Of a stretch of 19,000 bases of DNA, positions 7,372-14,923 are shown piece by piece. The stretch comes from Candidatus Eiseniibacteriota bacterium (lineage in GTDB: Bacteria; Eisenbacteria; RBG-16-71-46). The stretch lies in contig JBGAOA010000076.1 in the NCBI GenBank assembly GCA_044222065.1, positions 1 to 19,000 of the forward strand, given 5' to 3'. Every line of letters starts with the position of its first letter. Within the stretch, counting starts at the first letter, position 1. The notes under the pieces were generated by a model, which was given only the letters and a program-made list of their open reading frames with translations, was not told where the DNA came from and did not search any database. Position numbers and translations under genes: made by a program.

Positions 7372-10300
7372 ATGAGCGATCCGCGCGACCCCGATCCGGC
7401 GCACGCCGGACGACCCGGCCACGAGGGCGAGCACCACGGTCTCGTCGAGGAGATCCGCGAGGAGATCGCCGAGGCCGTCGAGCACGTTCCAAAGCCCGTG
7501 CGCTGGACCGTGTCGCGCGTCGCGAAGCTCGTCGCGCTCGGGTTCGCCTCACTCGTGCTGCTCGCGATCGTGACCGCGGTGCTGTACGTCGCGAACCGCA
7601 CGGAGTGGGTCGCGCAGGAACTCGCGCTGTTCGCGAACCAGGCGCTCGCGCGGCACTCCGACCTCGTGCTCGAGATCCGCGACATCCGCGGCAATCCGTT
7701 CACGGGCGTGCGGTTCGTCGGGCCGCGCGTGCGCTTCCGCGACGGCTCGGGCCCGCCGCTCGTCGAGGCCGAGGCGCTGCGCGTGAGCTACGGCGCGTGG
7801 GGACTGCTCACGGGCGGGCGCGGACCCGTGCACGTGGACCTCGACCGGCCGCGCTTCGCGGTCGTGACCGACGCCGACGGCCGGTGGCGGCTGCCGCGCT
7901 GGCGTTCGGACGGCGCGAAGAAGCCCTCGCGCCGCGGCTACGACCTCGAAGTCGCGATCCACGACGGCGTGATCGTCGTGCCCGCGCCGCTCGGCGGCGT
8001 GTCGGGCTGGAACGCGCGCGCCGCGATCGCGACCGGGGGCGGCACGCGGGTCCGGCTGCGCGAGATGCGCTGGTCGCAGGGGCCGTGGGGCAGCGAGCTG
8101 CGCCAGCTCGCGGGCGAGTTCTCGACCGGGGACAGCGTGCGCGTGAGCCTGGACCGGCTCGTGACCGGAGACGTGGCGCTTCGCGGCCGCGCCGCGTGGA
8201 AATCGGGCGAGTCGCGCCGCGTCGTGGACGTGGACGTCGAACGCGTGCGCTGGGCGTGGCTCGCGCGCGTGTTCCAGAACGGCGCGTTCGACGTCCCGGG
8301 GGAGGGCGCCGTGCGCGCGAGCGCGAGCGGCGACCGCCAGTGGAAGGGCGCGTTCGAAGGCACGTTCGACTGGGACGGGCTCGCGGGCGACGCGCGCGGA
8401 CGCTTCGACTACGACGGCGTGAAGTGGCGCGTAAGCGAACTCGCCGGCCACTCGCCGGCGGGCGACCTCGACGGCCGCTTCGACTACGCGAAGGACGGCT
8501 GGGTGCTCGCGGCCGACGTCGTCCGCGGCGATCCGTCGCAGTGGGGCGCGATCCACCTCAAGGGCTGGCCGAAGGGCGACCTCGCCGGGCGCTTCCGGTA
8601 CACCGTGAACGCGGCGAAGGACGGCGCGCTCGAGGCGTGGCTCGGCGGTTCGGAACTCGCCGGCTGGCGCGCCGACAGCGCGCGCATTTCGGCGCGCTTC
8701 CTCGCGACGGCGGACGACACGTTCGAGGTGCGGATGCGCCGTCGCGGCGGCGACGTCGCGCTGTTCGGTTCGGCGCGAGCCGGTGGCTGGCGCGGACGAT
8801 GGACCGTGGCGGGGCTGCCGCTCGACGAGTGGCCCGACGGCCGGGCGAGCGGCATCCGCGGCGTCGCGACCGAGGGCGCGGGCGGCGTGGACGGGCGCCC
8901 CGACGGGCTGTGGGTCACGGGCGAACTCGCGGGCGAGTCGAGCCAGTGGCTCGGCGTCGGGATGGCGCGGTGGCGCGTGCGTGAACTCGCCGGACGCCTG
9001 CTGCCGACACCGGACCTCGCGCTCGAGGCGCGGCTGCGGGACGCGATGTACCTCGGCGTGCACTTCGATTCGAGCGCGCTCGCGATCGGGGTCGGCGACC
9101 GGACCGCGCGGCTCGGCGACGTGCGCGCGTGGGCCGGCGACACGCTCGTCTCGCTCGCGGGCGACGCGGCGTGGACGACGAGCGGCTGGACGACGACGTT
9201 CGAGCGCGCGCGCGCGACGAGTTCGCAGTTCGACTGGCGCGCCGAGCCTCCGATCGCGCTGCACGGCGATTCGAAGGCGGTGGTCTTCGACCGCCTGATC
9301 GCGCGCGACGGCGATGCGCGGCTCGCGATCGGCGGGCGCTGGCCGTCGCCGGGAGGCGGCGCGTACGACTGGACGCTCGACGCGACGCATCTCGACCTCG
9401 GACGGCTCGGCCTGCCGGTCGAGTGGCGGCTCGGCGGCACGGCCGACGCGCGGCTGCGCGTCACCGGCGCCGCGGGTGACGCACGATTCGCGTTCGACGC
9501 GACCGCGAGCCGGCCGTCCGAGCGCGGGCACCGCGCCGACACGCTGCGGCTCGGACTCACGGGCGCGCCCCACCGGCTGCTCGTGCGCGAGGCCCACTTC
9601 GGCGTCGCGGGCGGCGCGCTCGACGGCGCGCTCGAGTTCGCGGACACGCGCGAGGCGTGGCCGGACACGCTCGCGCCCGAGGGCGTGCTGCGCTGGCTCG
9701 CGAGCGCCGGGCGCTGGGACGGACGCTTCGAGGCGAAGCGGCTCGCGCTCGAGGGCCTGCCCGCGCTCGCGCCCGACGCGCAGGGCTGGAGCGGGCTCGC
9801 GGACGGCACGCTCGGGATCGCGGGTTCGCCCGGGCGCCCGCGGCTCGACCTCGAGGGGCGGGCCGAGCCGATCGCGTTCCGAGGCTACGGCGCCGACCGC
9901 GCGAGCGTGCGCGCGCGCTACGACGGCCGTCCGACTCGTCGTGGACGACTTCCGGCTCGTGCGCGGCGCGGTCGAGTCGAAGGCCGAGGGCGAGATGAGC
10001 GTCGCGTGCCCTCGCGCTCGGCGAGAAGCCGCGGCTGCCCGAGGAGCCGATGCGCTGGACGCTGAAGCTTCCGAACGGGGACCTCGGCATCGTCACGTCG
10101 TTCGTGCCGCAGCTCGGCTACGCGGCCGGCCGCTTCGACGTGGACGCGGTCGTGACGGGCACGCCGCGGCATCCGTCCATGAAGGGCACGGCGCGCGTGC
10201 GCCAGGGCGTCGTGCGCATGACGGCGCGGGACGAGATCGTCGAAGACGTGTACGCCGACCTGCGCTTCGACGAAACGCGCATCACGCTCGACACGCTGAG

Positions 10301-11432
10301 CGCCCGGCAGCACCCGACCGGACGGCTCACGGGACGCGGAACGGTGACGCTCGACGCGCTCGCGCTCGAAGGCTACCGGTTCGACGTCGCGCTCCGGAAC
10401 TTCACGACCTCCGACCCCGGCCTGTACGCCGCCGTGTTCGACGGCGACTTCGTGGTGACGAACGGGCACCGTCTGCACGGCCAGACGCTGCCTCACGTCG
10501 AGGGCCGGGCCGACGTGTCCGAGGCGCGCGTGTTCATCGACTTCGCGAACCAGAGCGAAGAGGAGCAGCTCGCCGCGACGACGGTGCCGCTGTTCTGGAC
10601 CTACCGCATCGACGTGAACGCGACGAAGAACATCCGCTGGCAGCCGCCGGACGCCGACATCGAGTTCAGCGCCGGGCTCACGATGGAGCAGACGACCGAC
10701 TCGCTGCTGATCTACGGCGAGATGCACGCGCTGCGCGGCAACTACTTCTTCCTGAGCAACCAGTTCAAGGTCGAGCAGGCCGACCTCACGTTCGACAACC
10801 TGAAGGGCGTGGACCCGACGGTGGACGCGCGCGCGTCCACGCGCATCGTGCCGGTCGGGAGCGGCGACAACGCGGTCGTGCACACGGTCACGGTCGAGAT
10901 CACCGGCCGGGCGCGCGAGCCGGAGGTCTCGTTCTCGAGCGATCCCGCGGACTGGGACGACTCCGAAGTGCTCCGGCAGCTCGCGGGCATCGACCGCCTG
11001 CGCACGCTGAGCCAGGGGAACGTGGCCCAGAGCGTCGGCGATCCGCTCGACAGCTACCTGACCCAGGCGCTCAACCGCACGCTTTCGGCCGAGCTGTCGC
11101 GCACGTTCACCGGGTACCTGAACGACTGGGCGATCGAGCGCGAGCGGGGCGGCCTCGCGACGGGGTCCGGGGGCGTGATCGTGGGCTTCAGCACCCAGCC
11201 GTGGCGCAACGTGAACGTGCGCTACCGCCAGCGGGTGCCGGGCGGCGGCCGCGACTACGCCGGCGTCGGCACGATCTCGAATCCGTTCGAGCGCAGCGTC
11301 GAGGCGGAGTACCGGCTGAGCCGGTTCTTCTACGTGACGTCGGAGTTCACGCAGCGCCGCGACGTCGCCGGCACCACGAGCAGCGGAGCGCCCGAGTTCA
11401 ACGTGAATCTGAAGGCGAGATGGGAGTACTGA
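7372..11432 (+). CDS. tamB: TamB/AsmA-like periplasm-spanning protein, interrupted by two apparent +1 frameshifts (reconstructed about 1352 aa); sequence error or pseudogene
   Basis: N-terminal TM anchor (LVALGFASLVLLAIVTAVLYVA) then a long Gly/beta-strand-rich body in frame 1 up to about 9930. A 25-codon bridge in frame 2 reads RLVVDDFRLVRGAVESKAEGEMSVA (9932-10006). Frame 3 then reads ALALGEKPRLPEEPMRW... into a TamB/DUF490-like C-terminus (GNYFFLSNQFKVEQADLTF, ITGRAREPEVSFSSDP, VEAEYRLSR, NLKARWEY). Follows the TamA-like gene by 4 nt. Confidence 0.8.
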
Positions 11433-11533
11433 CGCGTCCCGTCTTGACGGACGCTGGACCTCGTTCCACGGCAGGGGTGTAGAGTGGGGCGGGCCTCGAA
11501 CCAGGACCGACACCGGGCGGGGGAGAACCTCAT

Positions 11534-14500
11534 TTGAAGCGTGCGAGAGTCATCGGAATCGCCGTCGCGGCGTTGCTCGCGGCGTGCGCCGCATTGCCCG
11601 CGGAAGCGCAGTACTTCGGCCAGAACAAGGTCCAGTACCGGAACTACGACTGGAAGTCGGTTCGCGCCGAGCACTTCGACGTCTACTACTACTCGGGTCT
11701 CGACAGCCTCGCGCTGCGCGTCCTCGACCTCGCCGAGAAGACGCACGTCGTGCTGTCGAAGCGCATGGGCCACGCGCTCGAGCGCCGCGTGCCGATCATC
11801 CTGTACGGCTCGCACAACGACTTCGCCCAGACGAACGTCATCTCGGACCTGATCGAGGGCTCGACCGGCGGTTTCACCGAGGCGCTGCGCAACCGCGTCG
11901 TGCTGCCGTTCACCGGCTCCTACGAGGACCTGCGTCACGTCGTCGTGCACGAACTCGTGCACGCGGTGATGTACGACCTGCTCTACGAGGGCAACGCCGC
12001 GGCGCTGCTCGCGCGCCAGAGCTTTTTCGACGTGCCGCTGTGGTTCGCGGAGGGCATGGCCGAGTACTTCTCGCTCGGCATGGAGTCGAACGCCGAGGTG
12101 TACCTGCGCGACGGCACGATCGAGGGCTACCTGCCGCCGCTCATGTATTCGGGCGGCTACATCGTCTACAAGCAGGGGCAGAGCGCGCTCACGTACTTCG
12201 CGGACAAGTACGGCGAGGAGCGCCTGCGCGACGTGCTCCAGCGCATCCGCTCGATGCGGAACTTCGAGCGCGCGTTCCAGCGGTCCGTCGGCACGACCGT
12301 CGGCAAGTTCGACCAGCAGTGGCGCGAGTGGCTCCGGAAGGAGTACTGGCCGACGCTCGTCGCGAAGGAGAACCCCGAGCGCTTCGGGCGCCGGCTCACC
12401 GACCACCGCCGCGACGCGAGCTACCTGAACGTCGCGCCCTCGGTCTCGCCGCAGGGCGACCGGGTCGCCTACTTCTCGGACCGCAAGCAGTACGTGGACG
12501 TGTACCTGCTGTCCGCGCTCGACGGGCGCGTGCTGCGGCGCGTGATCCGCGGCGAGCGCAACGTGCAGTTCGAGAGCCTGCCGCTGCTGCAGTCCTCGAT
12601 CGCGTGGTCGCCGACCGGCGATCGGCTCGCGCTGACCGCGAAGAGCCACGGCCACGACCTGCTGTACGTCGTCTCGACCGAGGACGGACGCGTGCTGAAC
12701 CGCTTCGACCTGCCGTGCGACGCGCTGTTCTACGCCGCATGGTCCCCGGTGTCCGATTCGCTGTCGGTCGTCGGCCTCAAGGACGGCAGCGAGGACATCT
12801 ACGTCGTGAACGTGCGCGACGGCGCGATCTCGCGCGTGACGCACGACACGTACGACGAGCGCGAGGTGGTCTGGTCGCCCGACGGCCGACGGCTCGCGTT
12901 CTCGTCCGACCGTCTCGCGCCGGTCGTGCTCCATCCGCTGCGGCAGGAGCGGGGGTACGGCGCGCGGGCGATCTTCGAGCTCGACCTCGCCTCGGGCGAA
13001 ACGCGCAAGGTCGTGGACACGTTCGGAGACGACCACTCCCCGGCGTGGTCCGGGGACGGGCGCAAGCTCGCGTTCATCTCCGACCGGAACGGCACGCCGA
13101 ACATCTACCTGCTCGACACGGCCGATTCGTCGATCACGCAACTGACCGACGTCCGCGGCGCGGTCGCGAGCCTGAGCTGGTCGCGCGAGAACGACCGGCT
13201 CGTCTTCAGCGCGTTCGACCGGCTCGGCTTCGACGTCTTCTCGGTGCGGGAGCCGCTCACGGCGGACGGCGTGCTCGCGCGCCTGCAGAAGAAGACGCCC
13301 GGCGCCGTGCTCGACTTCGCGAGCGCGCTGCTCGATGGCGCGCCGCCGAAGCTCGAAACCCACACCTCGGGCGCGCTCGCCGTGCTCGACCCCGACAGCC
13401 TCGCCTCGGCCGACAGCCTCGCGCGCCGGCCCGGGGACCCGGTGGACGCCGGCCGGCGCTCCCGCCCCTTCGACCGAACGTCGCTCACGCGCTCCGGGGA
13501 GCCGCCCGCGTGGCCCGGCGGTTTCGCGCCGCTGCCGGACACGAGCCTCACGAAGCCGGCGCTGCCGCCCGCGGTTCTCATCGAGCGCGGCGGTCCGTTC
13601 GCGCTGCCCGACTCGGTGCTCGACCAGAGCCCGAGCCGCTACCGGCCGCGGCTCTCGGCGGACTACGCGGGCGCGGCGTTCTTCGCGGCCACGGGCTACG
13701 GCTACGGCGGAACGACGCAGTTCCAGTTCAGCGACTTCCTGGGCGACCACAACGTGCAGGTCGCCACCGACGTGCTCAGCAACTCGATCCAGGACCTGAA
13801 CGCGTTCGTGTTCTACCGCTACCTGCCGCGGCGCTGGGACTTCCACGCCGGCACGTTCCACTTCAAGAACTACTTCGCCTCGCGCGTGACGACGCTCGGC
13901 GAACAGCTCGGCGGGCTGCGCCGCTTCTCGGAGCGCAACTTCGGCGCGCTCGTCGGAGTGAGCTACCCCTTCGACCGCTTCAAGCGCATGGACCTCGACT
14001 TCACGCAGATGTTCGTCGAACGAAAGTTCTTCGAGGAGGACGTGTTCGGCACGCTCGTCGAAGTCAACAGCGAGTTCCGCTCGGTCAGCTCGCCGTCGGT
14101 CTCGTTCGTCGGCGACAACACGCTGAACGGCTGGTACGGCCCCGTGAACGGCCAGCGCTACAACCTGTCGTTCACGCCCTCGTTCCGCTGGACGGACAAC
14201 GGCCTCTCGTACCAGACCTGGACGTTCGACGGCCGGCGCTACTGGGACCTCACGAACAACTACACGTTCGCGGGCCGCGTGCTCGCGGGCGCGAGCTACG
14301 GCCCGGACGCGCAGGGCTTCAGCGTCGGCGGCTTCTCGACGCTGCGCGGCTACCCGGACTTCGATCTCACCGGATCGCGCGTCGCGATCGTCAACGCCGA
14401 GCTGCGCTTCCCGTTCATCCAGCAGCTCGGGCTCATCGGCCCGGTGCCGCTCGGACTGTTCAACCTGCGCGGCGCCGCGTTCACGGACATGGGGCTCGTG

Positions 14501-14698
14501 TGGAACGACGGCGACCCGCTGCGCTTCTCGCACGTCGTGAACGGCGATCGCCGCCTCGTGGATCCGAAGTTCGGTTTCGGCGTCGGCATCCGCAGCGGGC
14601 TGTACTTCCTGATCCTCAAGCTCGACACCGCCTGGCGCACGGACTTCCACGACGTGAGCGCGCCGCGCTGGCACTTCAGCATCGGTCCCGAGTTCTAG
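11534..14698 (+). CDS. Multidomain Omp85-family protein: signal peptide + zinc-metallopeptidase (clan MA/gluzincin-like) domain + TolB-like PD40 beta-propeller + Omp85 barrel, no POTRA
   Basis: Signal peptide AEA-QYFGQNKVQY. HELVH (11948-11962) plus WFAEGMAEY (E at 12050). Six repeats: SVSPQG, AWSPTG, AWSPVS, VWSPDG, AWSGDG, SWSREN. Pro-rich linker. Barrel with FSVGGFSTLRGY (LRGY 14342-14353), NAELRFP, FTDMG and terminal WHFSIGPEF. GGAG at 11522-11525 before TTG. Confidence 0.88.
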   Translation: MKRARVIGIAVAALLAACAALPAEAQYFGQNKVQYRNYDWKSVRAEHFDVYYYSGLDSLALRVLDLAEKTHVVLSKRMGHALERRVPIILYGSHNDFAQTNVISDLIEGSTGGFTEALRNRVVLPFTGSYEDLRHVVVHELVHAVMYDLLYEGNAAALLARQSFFDVPLWFAEGMAEYFSLGMESNAEVYLRDGTIEGYLPPLMYSGGYIVYKQGQSALTYFADKYGEERLRDVLQRIRSMRNFERAFQRSVGTTVGKFDQQWREWLRKEYWPTLVAKENPERFGRRLTDHRRDASYLNVAPSVSPQGDRVAYFSDRKQYVDVYLLSALDGRVLRRVIRGERNVQFESLPLLQSSIAWSPTGDRLALTAKSHGHDLLYVVSTEDGRVLNRFDLPCDALFYAAWSPVSDSLSVVGLKDGSEDIYVVNVRDGAISRVTHDTYDEREVVWSPDGRRLAFSSDRLAPVVLHPLRQERGYGARAIFELDLASGETRKVVDTFGDDHSPAWSGDGRKLAFISDRNGTPNIYLLDTADSSITQLTDVRGAVASLSWSRENDRLVFSAFDRLGFDVFSVREPLTADGVLARLQKKTPGAVLDFASALLDGAPPKLETHTSGALAVLDPDSLASADSLARRPGDPVDAGRRSRPFDRTSLTRSGEPPAWPGGFAPLPDTSLTKPALPPAVLIERGGPFALPDSVLDQSPSRYRPRLSADYAGAAFFAATGYGYGGTTQFQFSDFLGDHNVQVATDVLSNSIQDLNAFVFYRYLPRRWDFHAGTFHFKNYFASRVTTLGEQLGGLRRFSERNFGALVGVSYPFDRFKRMDLDFTQMFVERKFFEEDVFGTLVEVNSEFRSVSSPSVSFVGDNTLNGWYGPVNGQRYNLSFTPSFRWTDNGLSYQTWTFDGRRYWDLTNNYTFAGRVLAGASYGPDAQGFSVGGFSTLRGYPDFDLTGSRVAIVNAELRFPFIQQLGLIGPVPLGLFNLRGAAFTDMGLVWNDGDPLRFSHVVNGDRRLVDPKFGFGVGIRSGLYFLILKLDTAWRTDFHDVSAPRWHFSIGPEF

Positions 14699-14857
14699 GC
14701 CCGGTTCGAGAACGCGAGTGCGAGGCGGCGAGGAAGTGCGACCCGCGCTGGGCGTGGGTATCCCGACGGCGCATCCGACGGAGGCTCCGCCGTGACGAAC
14801 GAGGGAGCCTGCCGCCCGCCAAACGCGGCTCGGGCGATCGGATTCTCGAGCGCGGCC
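14698..14857. repeat. Intergenic nested-palindromic element (REP/MITE-like or structured RNA)
   Basis: TCGAGAA (14706-14712) / TTCTCGA (14843-14849), extended outward by GGCC (14698-14701) / GGCC (14854-14857). GGCGGC (14724-14729) / GCCGCC (14811-14816). Inner hairpin AGGCTCC (14782-14788) / GGAGCCT (14804-14810). Confidence 0.5.
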
Positions 14858-14923
14858 CGACGCGCGCGGACGGCCTCGCGGCTGGTTGAGGAGAGGGCTT
14901 TGGGCTAGGTTCTGTCGGCGCCC

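Noticed and set aside
877..9809. Other long minus-strand and alternate-frame ORFs (for example 877..3153, 4070..5884, 5364..7703, 7549..9597, 8484..9809)
   Set aside because: All overlap well-supported + strand genes, are low-complexity and have no recognisable motifs. They are expected from high-GC codon bias.
9925..10010. Programmed frameshifting or phase variation in tamB
   Set aside because: No slippery heptamer, homopolymer run or tandem repeat tract at either shift site, and two successive shifts would be needed.
9314..11482. 722-aa ORF in frame 2 as an independent gene
   Set aside because: Only the segment 9932-10006 looks protein-like and it is explained as the frameshifted part of tamB. 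The rest is off-frame.
11444..11485. Internal promoter upstream of the peptidase-Omp85 gene (TTGACG 11444-11449, TAGAGT 11480-11485)
   Set aside because: The two boxes are 30 nt apart, so they cannot form one sigma70 promoter. A -10-only promoter is possible but not supportable from sequence alone.
14699..14923. tRNA, 6S RNA or riboswitch identity for the intergenic element
   Set aside because: No cloverleaf or T-loop, and no family-specific motif I can recognise. It is kept only as an unclassified palindromic element.
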